DNA of 64,000 nucleotides from Eukaryota sp. TZLM1-RC (GCA_040285825.1 JAUPSS010000004.1:6663784-6727783); one strand, 5' to 3'. Counted from the first letter of the stretch, positions 49,170 to 61,011 are shown. The notes: generated by a model from the sequence alone, not told the origin. Numbers and translations are program-made.

Positions 49170-50337
49170 TTTTTTCTTATTTAATTTTTTTATTTTGAAA
49201 TGCACACAACACAACTAAACAAAAAACTAGACCTCAATATCCTCAATACACGCATCAACCTCTTCAATGCGCGATTCTCATACTCTATTTCTAATTGTAA
49301 CAGTGCTTTGGTTATCATTTCGGGAATTGCTTTAAGAATAATGAAAACAATTCTGTTGTGCCAGAAATTGAAGTTCAATTCTTCTCCCGCTCTTTCTTTT
49401 AAACTTTTGAAACCTTTGAGAAATTTGATTCCAGATATTCCAATGTTACCAAAAAGAGAAACATCAAATGGAACCAGCTGATAGCTGACATGCTCAACAC
49501 GTCCTAGCTGAGATAGAGGCTCTTTGTACTTTTCATTTTGCTCTTTTCAGCAAAGCAGAGCGGAGTTTCATCTTGTTTGGCAAAATCAATTGCTGAATCC
49601 TTACAAACATCAACAGTGACAACATCAACAACTTTTATCACACCATCAGACCCTGGTGTAATTAAATCAGCACGGCGTTTCCCAAAAGTATTTTCAACTT
49701 CATTTTCAGGTGACAACTTACACACAAGAGGTTTAACAAAAGCTTCAATGTGATTACTTTTGCACATAGCGTATAGTTGGTCTCTAACAGGATCGGGAAC
49801 AACTGAGCGATATGTAATATTAAATTTACAATTGAATAAATGATTCAGATTGATGAGCTGACCACAACGACAAATCAAATCATTTGGCACACTTCATGGC
49901 CACAGCAAACACCTCATCCTTGTGGCAGCTGTCCATTGATGATAACTCAACAATAAACCATAGACATTTGGAATTTGGGAAATGAGACAATTTGAGCTAC
50001 TTTCCTTAAAATCAATTAAAAAGTTAGCAAAAACGGGATTATTTTCCTTAGCCAAGCTAAGACGTACAGTAAAATCCAAGTTGTCAAAAACTTTTAGTAT
50101 TTTTTTTCTGTAATTTGGCGTATGCAAATCATAAAGAAATCAAACTTCCGAATTTTTTGAATAACGGTGGGGACCATATTTGAGGAGAAGGGCAGGCTAT
50201 TTCATTCTGCAAAGACACCAAATAATCACTAACACAATGTTCTATTAAATGTTGGTTTTCAGGAAAACGATTCAAAAATTCAAAAATGAAATTTTTGCCT
50301 CCACCACTAAAGGCAGTTTTACACAAATATTTAGATT
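49170..50337 (-). mobile_element. RLE retrotransposon 3' part, close relative of 8410-10180
   Basis: Near-identical proteins (FGKRRADLITPGSDG). Confidence 0.88.
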
Positions 50338-51353
50338 TGTGAATACCCATAAATACACGATCAATTTTCGTGTGGAATAATTTCAAAAACTATCTGCTAC
50401 ACAGATACTGAGGCCTTCTATCCTCGCTTCAGCAATCGCAAACATATTCAGACGAGCCCGCTTATTTCTATTGAAAAGCTTTGTTGAGCTTTGTTATTGT
50501 GTTTGCAACTCTCACTATTACAAGCTATTGAACCATGACATGTAGTAACAGGTGTCTTTTTTGTTCTATAGAATCTGGGATTTGTTACTTTCAAAAAAGT
50601 AGCAACCTTTTCAAAGCTAATAAGACATTTTGCTGAAATGAAACCTCCACTAATCATCTATACTTCAAATCCATTTCTTTTCAGAAATTGAATCCATCCG
50701 ATGCCTTGAGTAGGTTTCTGATGTTTTAAATTCTTGAAACCTTTTTTACCATAATCATTCATTAGTATTAAAGTGTCTTTAGGGTTGCCAAAATTCTGGA
50801 CAAGGCTTTTTAACAACCAACTTTCAGTCTTTTGCTTGTGAATAACAGCTTGCATTTTGTGGATGCTTCACAAGTCATGACTGTAAAAGTCAATTGGCCG
50901 AAGTTTGGCATCCACAAAGTTGGAAAAATCTATAAAAGTTGCTGAATTGGCAGCAAACGCAGATAATTCGGTGTTTGCATCTTCAATTGTTGTTTCGATA
51001 GACACCATCATTTGGTTCCTGTCGTAATATTCCTCAGTACACTTTGTCGCCCATCGTTTTTGCTTTTCATTCATCCTACTTTTCAAAGACCAGGACATCT
51101 GAGTCATTCTCAACCATTTGTACTTCTTGTCTTGATTCATCACCCGACTATTTCTTTGCTGTTCACTTTCATGTTCAGGCACCATGGCTAGTTTTTGATC
51201 AGTCTTTTTACTCTCAAAATACAATAAATCACGTTTTCCAGGATCACAAACAACAATTCGTTTGTCTTGAAAAGTATCAATATCAACATCATGAATATTT
51301 AAATCAGAAATACTGGCCTTGTTGTCTGGCTTACATTTCTGACCTTGTAAATC
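50338..51353 (-). mobile_element. Fanzor family-B copy 3, 5'-truncated and disrupted
   Basis: Near-identical DNA to 39350-40489. Confidence 0.88.
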
Positions 51354-51414
51354 CAGTCGATCTCAAAGAACAAATAGATGCTAACGTTAAGAACGGGTTT
51401 CATCAACATTCCAG
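51354..51414 (+). other. 61-bp captured fragment of the host Y-family polymerase gene (32630-32690)
   Basis: 60/61 identity; encodes VDLKExIDANVKNGFHQHS. Confidence 0.9.
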
Positions 51415-52888
51415 TATTACTTGCATGTAGATGAAGTCCAGCATTTTATATGCAACGGTAATTTCTTGAAAAACCAATTGCAATTAATCAAATGAACCAA
51501 TGAGAAAACTCTCATCCATTAAACACTTTTTTGACTGAAGAGTATTTTTACTTAATGTTATCCAAAGTTTTGTGATTAACAAAACAAAACACAGAAGGTT
51601 TAAAAGATGTTTCACACCTGAGGATGATATCAAGATTATGATTTAAAAATTGATTTAAAAATCTTAAAAATGATTTAAAAATTGCATATGCATCCGGATT
51701 TGTTCAATGCAGATGATTGAAGTTTCTTTATTCTTTTATAACAACAAAGAAATGTTTGCACAGCATTTCCCTTTTCCACATGAAAACCACAAAGAGATAA
51801 GATATCTTTTCAATATAATTTTAACCCAAGCTTTGATTTATAGACCCGAAATACATCACAATTGAAAAGAACAATGGTCAACGTCAGGTCGATTTTCGGA
51901 AATCACGAATATCACTATCAGACAAAACACTTTGTGTAATCATATGTTTATCTGTTCGACTATAAACTTCCACTGTCTACTTTGCAATTTCATATTTATG
52001 TGATGTATTCGTACTTCTCTAATCTATGACTAATGCCCCACAAGCCAAACTATATCTATGGTGACTTTGTTTTATGCTTACATAGTGGAGGAAGGAAGAT
52101 CACTTCAAGAATAATACAAGTTAAGAAATCTGTGTTTTTGTGTTGTAGACAATATAGACTCAATTTAAGTTCAGTTGACACAAACTAGTTTTGTGAAGGT
52201 TGAGGATTATGACGAACATCATGAGAGTGTAGAGACGACAGAGCAAGGGAAAAAGAGGATTGTAGTTGAGATTCAATTGAGGTAAGTTCTGCATTGATGA
52301 GTCCGATGCAAAAATCTGATCTCAATACATTATCACCAGTAGCGAAAGCGAAAGTTGAAGAACAATGTATAGTTTTGAAGTAACTTAAGAAATCAAGCTT
52401 TTGTCTATTTAGGTTGGTTCCTAGGAGAAAGGCCAAGAGCGAATGTGGTCAGCGTACTATTGTTAGTTAGGAACGAGACAATTGTAGGTGTAAGGGAGTC
52501 AGAAATGTTGTTTCCGCTGACGTTGTCATGTATTTACATCGGAAAAGATAGAGTTCGTGTAAGAAAGAAGTTGTGAATGTTGTCCTGTCAAGAGTCATTG
52601 TTAGGTTAAGTGGTTTCTATTTAAAGATTAAAGAAGTGTTAAGTTGATCAGCTCATTGAAACAACACGTTTTCTTGATTGGATATGCTAATGTTATCACC
52701 TAAAAAACTCCTTCAACTGTAACCTTTTCACGAAAGAAAATAGTTGCGGCAGCTTAAATATCACGTATTATAGTGTTTAATTATCATTTTGCTGAGGCTT
52801 TGTATTTGTATAGATGTAAGAAGTTGTGAATAAATCAAATTTTTATTGTTGACTGTCTGATCTTTTCTCGACTGACATATTCACCCCA

Positions 52889-54803
52889 ATGGCAAATCCA
52901 GAGTTGCCACGTCGAGGGCGTGTACTCCCCTGGGAGGTTAACCGTCGTGAGCAACCAATAAACGACAGCAAGACGACAGTTCCAGCAAGTGCTGCTCAGT
53001 TCTTCTCTACTGCAGCTCTTGTTTCAATGGAAAGACAGTTTCGCTATATTCGAACTGTCACTGTGCTTACTGCCCGGTTAGCACAGCTGTTCGTCCTGCA
53101 ATATCCGGAAATGGCTTTCTGGTTATATCAACAGCAGTTTTGGAATCAATGTCAAGACTTTGTAATGGTACCTCATCCGACTGTGAGACGCCCATTCGAG
53201 AATCATATGGAAGTGTACCGCACACTCTATGATGTCTCTTTCCGACCTGGCTGGCCGTTTCCTCCTATTGGCTTTCAGAAGGGAACCGACAACTGGTGCC
53301 ACTCTGACATTAGAAGCTTTCGCGCACTGCAAATGGCGAACAGCTTTTGTCAAATACTTACTGATGGCCCTGTCTCCTGGAAGCTGAACTTCTTCCGGAC
53401 AATGGCTACCTTCTTTGAGTGCCCTTGCCCAAAGAAATATGCTTCATTAGTGGTGAACACGACTGCAGCCACTATTCCTGACTCTTTGCGCGCATGGTAT
53501 GATGAAGGTCACCATGAGTACATAATGGACCTATTTATTCAGCAGGTTGCCGACCCTCATCGTTTTGACGCTATGTTAATGCTGGACAATGTTGATCTCA
53601 GTCCAGACAACATCACCTTCCTATTCACTGCTGGGCTAAATATTTTATCCTTTCTGGAAAATATTGCATCTGACACCATGCGAAGAAATGCCGTGTCCCC
53701 ACCCCCCAGTTATTCTCCTGGCTTTATCTCTTTTAGTCAAAAACTGGAAAAGCATTTTCTCTCTTTTAATGCCAACCACTGTCTGCTGAAAGATCCGTTT
53801 GCCTTTTTCAGAAAAAAGAAGTATCTGACTTACACAATCAGTTCAGATGCTGTTTCAGTCCGCTTCATTTTTTCTTTTGCCCCCAAAAAAAATAAGAATC
53901 GCCGGACAGCCAGAGAATTGGCAACCACCATAGCCAGTGGGGAACTCGATATACCTGCAAAGAGTCGGAAGCGAAACTCTAGACTTCAACAACAGGTCCG
54001 TCCAGGGCAACGCCGAAGATCTGACGACGCCTATGAGCCTCCGCCAGTTGATCCATGTGAATATTCATTTTGTGCAATTGATCCTAATGACAAAAATTTG
54101 TGTGGTTATTCAATTGGATCAAGAATTGATAATAACAATGTTGATCATCAACTTTCGGGCCTTGTTCTGAATCCAAAGGCAAGGAAGATCATACACCCAC
54201 CGGTCCTGACCCATGCATCACCAAATAGCTATTTTGCTAAGAATTTACACAAATATCTTAATGAAATAGCAATGCCTTTGGTGTGGGTACCGACACAGGA
54301 AGAAATCAGCAATCCCGACTTCCGCCCGAGAACTATACTAGACCAACTGCTGATAAATGGAGATCGCCGAGCCCTGCGCCGCAACAAGTTTGATTTTTTT
54401 TATAAGAAGGCAAGAAAGGATAATGGGATCAATTGAAAAAATTAAACTAATGGCTAATGGAAGAGAAACCATAATTTGGTTTGGTAGTGGAGGTGATGGG
54501 CCATCAAGACAATCTGTGAAAACCCCAAGGAAGCGCTTTTTGAAGGAGATTCAGAAACATTTTACATATGTGAAGCCTAATGGAGATGAATTCTACACAT
54601 CTGCCAAAACGAATTGCTGTAAGGTATTCAATCAAAAGGTGTATCACGATGATGGAAGAGTGAACAATGATAAGTTTGTATGTCCTCAATGTCAGACACT
54701 GTGGTCGAGGGACATCTCAGCTTCCAGAAACCAACTGGAGATTGCCATAAGTGAACACTACTACAATGAAAGACCTGAGGCGTTTCGGAGACCCCGTAGA
54801 TAA
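52889..54803 (+). CDS. Fanzor/TnpB-like RNA-guided RuvC nuclease, family A copy 1 (~637 aa after removing one T from the T8 run at 54394-54401)
   Basis: RuvC-I AIDPN, IWFG, RuvC-II GDEFYTS..CC, CPQC and RuvC-III WSRDISASRN; the frame join matches the paralogue LRRNKFDFFIRRQ. Confidence 0.85.
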
Positions 54804-54969
54804 GTGTTTTTCCATGTATTGCGTACCTGTACGCGTATTGTGATGTTGCTGCTTTAACTATCATTTGATCGTGATATCATAAAGTGATAGAACTAAAGTA
54901 AGCTTAACGTCTATCAAGATTGCATGAATTGGTCAAAAGCCAGAAGTGCGTTTTGATAGAAATTCACAG
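54788..54969 (+). ncRNA. Putative omegaRNA scaffold / right end of Fanzor A1
   Basis: Conserved in 23575-23754 and 43418-43553; stems GCGTAC/GTACGC, CTATCATTT/AAGTGATAG and CTATCAAGA..TTTTGATAG. Confidence 0.7.
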
Positions 54970-55032
54970 CTATTGCGGTTGAATTTTGTAATTTCTATTG
55001 TTTTAGGCAAAACTTTTGCCTATCCAGGGTGG

Positions 55033-56727
55033 ATGCGTCCAATACCAAACCCAGACCAATCACTACTTGCACACATTAACTTCTTGAAATCTCGCTTTGG
55101 TGATCCAGCAACTTCTTCTCTTGTTCGACTCTCTACCAGTAAGTATTTTTATGACCCATCTATGGTTTTACACATTCTATGGTCGATTACACCAACTATT
55201 GCAGAACTTCGTGATCATTTCACCCCAGTGTTACTCTCCATTCTTGCTTCTAGTTCTCCTTCAAGCTATGACATACCCAGAGTCAAGCACAGCTTACATT
55301 CGTGTCTTTTGTCAAATAAGTCAGTTATTTCTCCAACATCTTGTTCTGCTTTTTGTATCAAAATTTTAGAAAATTGTCTCTGTTCTTTGGGATTTGAAAT
55401 TACCACAGAAGCTAGGGTGTCTTTGTCAAGAACACTTTCTGATTTTCTTGCAGCGAGATCTCATAATTGTAGTATTAGATTAGCCAAAATGATTAAACCT
55501 GATGTGAGTGATGTGTTCTTTTTAGACGATGGCTCTTTATCACTTTGCTTTTTACTTGAAACAATCATTTCTGACATTAAGTCTAAAACATGCACTTATG
55601 AAGCACCAATTAGCGGTTCAAATACTGAAACTCCTAGTAACAAGGTCAATAATGAAGCTTTATTACAGAGATTTATTCAAAAAGTTGGTCCTTCAGCCCA
55701 CAAGCAAGATTTGATTACACATTCAAAACAGTCTTCACCATCAATTAAATTAGACAAATTCAATCTACATCCGCCACCGTTATCACCAATTCAGATAGCT
55801 ACACCTAATCGTTCAAAAAGTGTCAAAAATGAAGAAGATCTTGAACTTGATGATTTCATAAAGGAGTTGGGTGACGATGATCAAGAAGAAGAAGACTTTT
55901 GTATTCATGCACAGAGACTAGAATCAAAACATCATGGTAGTAACACCAGACCCAAGTCAGCCCCTCAAACAACATCAAAGTTCCTTTCGGGAACTCTTCA
56001 CTCTTCACCAAGGTATTTTTACAGACCTTATTCAGCGGTGACTTCTTCTCAACAGAATAAGAATAGCAACAGTTCAATGCAACATTCCTACAGACCTCCA
56101 ACTATTCACGAGAAGGGTGAAGCCATAAGGAATCTTACACGTGCAAGATGTAGATTGTATAGTGCTACCTCTACATATAATAAGCATGGTAACAGTGATG
56201 TGTGTAGAGCACGAGAACGTCTGTATCAAGTTTCTGAAAAGTCAGTCTTAGTGGATAAACTTGTCAAACAGCTCTCTTGGTTAGACACAGGACTCTTCGT
56301 ACGTTTGGAACTAGATGAGATCAAAGAGCGTTTCAAACCCATTTTGGGACCCAAAGGTATCACTGAAGAGCAAATTAAAGAGGGAACAAGAATATCTCGA
56401 CTTAGAGGCCTAACTCCACTTAAACCTGTAACAAAGCTCTCTATAAATGATCTGTTGAGTGCTGCACGCTATCTAAACGACAAGGAAGCAATGAGTGAGT
56501 TTATTAAAGTAATACAGGAACAGACACCATTAAAGTTATTGGGACTAAGCAACAACTTTACACTTGTGGAGCTACGTACAAACTATAGGGACTTGTCAAG
56601 GGAGTTCCATCCAGATCGTACAACATCGATGACTCCTGCCGCACATGGAACACAATTTAAGAAGTTTTGTGGAGAGGTGTTTTGTATTATTCATTCAGCT
56701 TATAAGGAACTAGAAGAGAAGTTGTAA
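55033..56727 (+). CDS. Protein with a C-terminal DnaJ domain
   Basis: LLGL....ELRTNYRDLSREFHPDR..F..IHSAYKEL. Confidence 0.8.
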   Translation: MRPIPNPDQSLLAHINFLKSRFGDPATSSLVRLSTSKYFYDPSMVLHILWSITPTIAELRDHFTPVLLSILASSSPSSYDIPRVKHSLHSCLLSNKSVISPTSCSAFCIKILENCLCSLGFEITTEARVSLSRTLSDFLAARSHNCSIRLAKMIKPDVSDVFFLDDGSLSLCFLLETIISDIKSKTCTYEAPISGSNTETPSNKVNNEALLQRFIQKVGPSAHKQDLITHSKQSSPSIKLDKFNLHPPPLSPIQIATPNRSKSVKNEEDLELDDFIKELGDDDQEEEDFCIHAQRLESKHHGSNTRPKSAPQTTSKFLSGTLHSSPRYFYRPYSAVTSSQQNKNSNSSMQHSYRPPTIHEKGEAIRNLTRARCRLYSATSTYNKHGNSDVCRARERLYQVSEKSVLVDKLVKQLSWLDTGLFVRLELDEIKERFKPILGPKGITEEQIKEGTRISRLRGLTPLKPVTKLSINDLLSAARYLNDKEAMSEFIKVIQEQTPLKLLGLSNNFTLVELRTNYRDLSREFHPDRTTSMTPAAHGTQFKKFCGEVFCIIHSAYKELEEKL

Positions 56728-56741
56728 ATAAATGTACTTTA

Positions 56742-56933
56742 TTACTCGTTTCGTGACCTTTTAGCGTCAGGTGATGGTACTTTAGAGGATGATTCTTGAT
56801 TGTAGAAATAATTGATGTGATCATTGACAAGTGCGTGAAGAGCTGCTAGAGATTCGGATGGAGTGCCACCTGTTGCAGTGACTTCGATAGGAGAAGATGA
56901 GGCAGTGACATGAGCAGTAGAGGCGAAAGTCAT
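56742..56933 (-). CDS. Small hypothetical protein (63 aa)
   Basis: ATG ORF in gene-like context, convergent with the J-domain gene. Confidence 0.35.
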   Translation of the reverse strand: MTFASTAHVTASSSPIEVTATGGTPSESLAALHALVNDHINYFYNQESSSKVPSPDAKRSRNE

Positions 56934-57002
56934 GTTTATAGTTTTGTAAGGAAGATGAATCCCTGAAAAGGTATTGGTTCAGAGAATGTTCTTGGTAGTC
57001 TT

Positions 57003-59509
57003 TGTGTGTGGAAATCCAAATGCATTTACCAAACTACATTGGAAATCCATTCACACTATTCACACTATTTTCACTATTTTTTTGACACTATTGAGCTGCC
57101 ACATCGTTTAAGATGGACTGATATTGTCTTCTACAGAGATCTTCTTGACTACTCTCTTTTTAGTTCCTCTTTGTCTTCTTTGACCACCCGATGAGGATGT
57201 GCTTGTTTCAGGAACTTGCGATGGACAGTTTCTTCTGTTGTGGCCTTCTCCGCGACATATACCACATCTTCTCGGTTTTTTGTCCTTCTCAGCAGTCTTC
57301 TTTTTCTGATCTCTCTGCGAAGTAGATGATCCATTTTCGAAATCTTTTGTTTGAGTTTTTGGTCTCTCGAAAATGGATCGTCTACCTTCACCGTTGCAGA
57401 TGTTATAATGGAATATATATTTATGGCAGAGTTGAAGTCTCTATTCCAGTACGTGCTGCACGTCTGACACTTCACTAAACCCCATGGTGTTGATTTTGCT
57501 TTTTCTTCTAGTGAATCCTTCTGTTCATCCTTTTCTTGTTGAAAATCTCTTTTTCTGGTAGGATTGTTTTGATTAAATAAATCAATTTCTTGTTTTAACT
57601 TTTTTGCTTTTCTTTTTAAATGTCCTTTGCCCTTAGGACTTAACACTTTAATACTAGAATCGTTGACACATTCTCCAAAATTTCCCTTGACAGCACAACT
57701 AGAACAAGATTTACTCGTTCTATATTCATCAACTAGGAAAATTCGAATAAAAGAAAAAAAGAAAAGAATAAATTCGATAACCAAATCTGCTTAATAGTTT
57801 GCGAATTTCGCTTCATCTTATGGTTGACCTTTTCCCTTCCTTGTAATTCCTTTCGACCTCCAGTCACCATAACCAATAACTACGTCTTCAGGGGAACCAA
57901 AGGTCAATTTGAATCTTTCCAACATGTTTTTTTTCACTTCTTTGATTATTCGAATACGTTTGAAATTTTCTCTTTCTGAACCATATATCTTGGTAAAAAG
58001 TATTCTTATGAACATTGTATTGCTCAAATTCCTTGATGTAATGACCAAAATATTGACTGAAACAAGATGTTTGTTGCCTGTTTGAGACAGATAAAGAAAA
58101 TTGGTTTAAAATATCCTGACCAGAGTAATCACCATCAGGTAATTGTACTTTTCAATTTTCTTTTTTCTTTTTTCCGTTGAACGATATTTGGTATCTTTTC
58201 TGTCAAATTGGTATTCACTGGTAGTATATCTGAACGTGTTCCACCAGTGTTTGGGTTTCAGCCGTGCATAATCAGAGTCAGAGTTAGTATAGCTTGATAG
58301 ATTTTGTAATTGCTTCTCTCTTCTTTTAATACCTTTGCGTTTTTTGCTTTTGATTTCTGGAAGTTTTCTTTTTTTATAGAACACATTTTGTGAGATTGTT
58401 CTGGGGTAATAGTTACAGCAGGATTTGGAGAAACACAGTGTATTAAATCGTACTCGTTAGGGTCAATGGCAACTATTCTTTTATCTTTTAGCTTCAACTT
58501 TTCTACATTTTTAGCAGACAAGGAATGTAGGTATCGCTCTGGGTACGTCTTGGAAGTAAAAATTTTGAAAACATTTTCATTTTCATCAACCAGGTCTTTA
58601 CGAATTAAGACCACTGAACAAGCAATCCCCTCTGTTACAATTGAGGAGATTTTCAATTGAAAGCAACCTTTAGTCTCACGTTTGTAAGATTCCACTACCT
58701 TATCAGTTAGTATTTCGGTAAAAACTGACGATCTTATGTCATCTGCTCTCCCTTTGAACTTGCTAAATCTTTCATTGAGCAAATGAGTATCGAGTCTTAT
58801 ATGCTGTGGAATCAATGTACTTGTCAATGGAAAAGGATTATTCACTGACAAAGGTTTGCCATTTTGGGAACAAAATAATTGAATGGTTATGTTAATATAC
58901 ATAGCATGAGAGAGAAATTTCAATGGCTTGGCTGATTGAGTATAATAAAGATTTTTACCCTTAATAAAAGTGGGAATTAAACAATGTTTCACATAAGGAC
59001 AAAACTTCAAAGTCAAATATGGCTGGGGAAAGGGAAAAACAATGTGATCATTGATAGAAAGTTCATCAAAGTTTCCACCAATAATGGCTTCCCTGACTTT
59101 GTTGAGTTCAGTCAATAATTCATGTCCATTGGTTAGAATCATATTTCCAAAAACATATGGAGCTTCTTCACGATAGTGCAACTTTTCTTCTTCAACATTA
59201 TTTAGAGAAAACTCCATATACGACTTTGTAAACATTTTATGTTGTGATTTAATTCAGTTGGGAGATTTGGTTGATTTTTTCCGCAGAAGGAACCTCAAAC
59301 TCCCAATGTGACATTCGTAAGGCTGTATCCCATAGTAAGTGAGTAATTTCACTTGTTTTCGACAGTTTGCCTGCTAGCCTCCCCATTTTATTATAGTTTC
59401 TGGGCATACATTCCATTTGAGCCAACATTTCCAAACATGTTTTGGTATCCAAATGAATAGATTTTGGTAAAAACGAACCGCTTTCGGCAACACTTTGAAG
59501 GTTTATCAT
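57003..59509 (-). mobile_element. Fanzor family C with multiple frameshifts and a hairpin right end
   Basis: IPQHIRLDT, IVTEG, IVAIDPN..DL, IGYGDW, LVDEYRTSKSCSSC and GLVKCQTC..WNRDFNSAIN; downstream stem GTGTG..TGGA..TCCA..CACAC. Confidence 0.85.
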
Positions 59510-59930
59510 GGAGATTTAAGTGATTCCCGCTAGAATTCAAGAAAATATTTCTCACCAAGTGACTCAAAAAATGGAATGACTTAGAAAGGTCATTGGTGAT
59601 TGATACAGTTTCTCAATGACACTTTTTGTTCCCAAAAATTTGCGAATTTGAAATTAGGCAACCGAATTGCAAACCACAGTACCATTCAGTTTGTTTATTC
59701 TCAGCATAAGCTCTTAAAAGTATACACAAGATACTAAAAGCTATCCGCACTATTGAATACCTAATGGTCTTTCCATATTTTTTGCGAGGGATGTTTACAA
59801 GTGCATTAGTGAGAAACTCCTTGCCATCAGTGAGTTGATTAGTGTTAAATGAAGCCCAATTGAAACTGTGATAATATATAAAAATAATCTTATTTCAACT
59901 AAGCTATAAGATTATGCATAAATACCAAAT

Positions 59931-61004
59931 TTAAACCTTAAAATAATCCTTTTGCACATATTGAGATGTGAAAGCACTAACTAATGCTGCATAATGAAGT
60001 TGAAATTGCATTACACCACCAACAGAATAGTGTTTAGTTGAATCAGTGACATCCACAACAAGATGATCTGAAGAGGCTCCTATGATGTAGACATCCTTAT
60101 CCATACAGATAACTCTAGTTGTAATGTCTTGCATTCCAACAGCAAGAATGGCTCTTTTTCGGATACCAATGTCGTTGAACTCTGGCACTCTGCCAAAAGC
60201 ATCTCTACCTATATCACCCTCGGGAAAGGAAGGCTTATCCTGAAGCTCGATAATCTCTGCTTCAAGAATGAATGAATCTTTTTGGAACCCTTTAATTGGA
60301 TCTCCCTGTCCGGTTGTTCTACCTAATAATAGAGAACAACCTACACGAAGCTGATTGATTCCCTTGGGTAAGCATTTATCCATCAGTAAGGGTACACTAC
60401 TGGATCCCCCAGTAGATACAACGGATATTTTATAACCTAATTGCTTTTCTATTTGGGCGGAGAGATTACTGAGGAGAGAAAGGTTCTTGGTAGAAGGGAG
60501 AACACCTGAGAGACAGGTTAAATTTGCACCAATCCCTATCAATTTCAGATGTCGCAACGACTTAATTTGAGTAATAAAATTAAATACGTGCAATTCACCA
60601 AATAAGCCTTCACGTCTATCTCCAACATCAACCATTAGCACAAGCTTATGGATAGTGTTGAGCTTCTTGGCGGCATTGTTAAGAGCTTTAGCAGTTGAGA
60701 TTTCGGTAATTAGGCTTATATCAGCAGTGTGTACAACTTCTTTGGCTTGTGAAATTGACGGCAGCCGAACGAGCATAAGCTCAACAGCAGGTCCAAAGTG
60801 TTTCCTCAACCGTTGAAGGTTCTCGAGACGAGAGTCACCTAATGTTTTAATTCCGGCCTGTACAAACTGACTGGCAATCTGGATATCTGCACAAACACAC
60901 TTGGTGATGGCAACAATGGACATACCTTGTTGAGATGCAATGGAGTTGAGCAGTGTCGCATTGTGGTAAAGGCGTGATGGGTAAATGCAAAGTCGAGGGA
61001 ACAT
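59931..61004 (-). CDS. PLP-dependent alanine/ornithine racemase family protein (Orr/YhfX-like), bacterial type
   Basis: Motifs MFPRL, AITK, DSRLENL, MVDVGDRREG, GANLTC, GGSSS, RVG, G.DAFG, RAILAVG.QD and IGASSDHL. Confidence 0.9.
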   Translation of the reverse strand: MFPRLCIYPSRLYHNATLLNSIASQQGMSIVAITKCVCADIQIASQFVQAGIKTLGDSRLENLQRLRKHFGPAVELMLVRLPSISQAKEVVHTADISLITEISTAKALNNAAKKLNTIHKLVLMVDVGDRREGLFGELHVFNFITQIKSLRHLKLIGIGANLTCLSGVLPSTKNLSLLSNLSAQIEKQLGYKISVVSTGGSSSVPLLMDKCLPKGINQLRVGCSLLLGRTTGQGDPIKGFQKDSFILEAEIIELQDKPSFPEGDIGRDAFGRVPEFNDIGIRKRAILAVGMQDITTRVICMDKDVYIIGASSDHLVVDVTDSTKHYSVGGVMQFQLHYAALVSAFTSQYVQKDYFKV

Positions 61005-61011
61005 AGTGTGT

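Noticed and set aside
54394-54401. Programmed ribosomal frameshift in Fanzor A1, and in A2 near 62235
   Set aside because: The breaks are at different positions in the two paralogues and both lie in simple repeats, so sequencing error or slippage is more likely
56742-56933. Gon7/KEOPS-like identity for the 63-aa ORF
   Set aside because: Only the size and a vague helix pattern fit; not enough to name it
57733-57781. GT..AG intron in Fanzor C
   Set aside because: 49 nt is outside the 28-34 nt range and splicing would delete conserved GYRIFL; the TSD-flanked insertion explains it better
3253-61004. Bacterial or archaeal contamination as the source of the prokaryote-like genes
   Set aside because: Three of them carry host-type introns, and all are interleaved with eukaryotic genes and TEs with no operon structure
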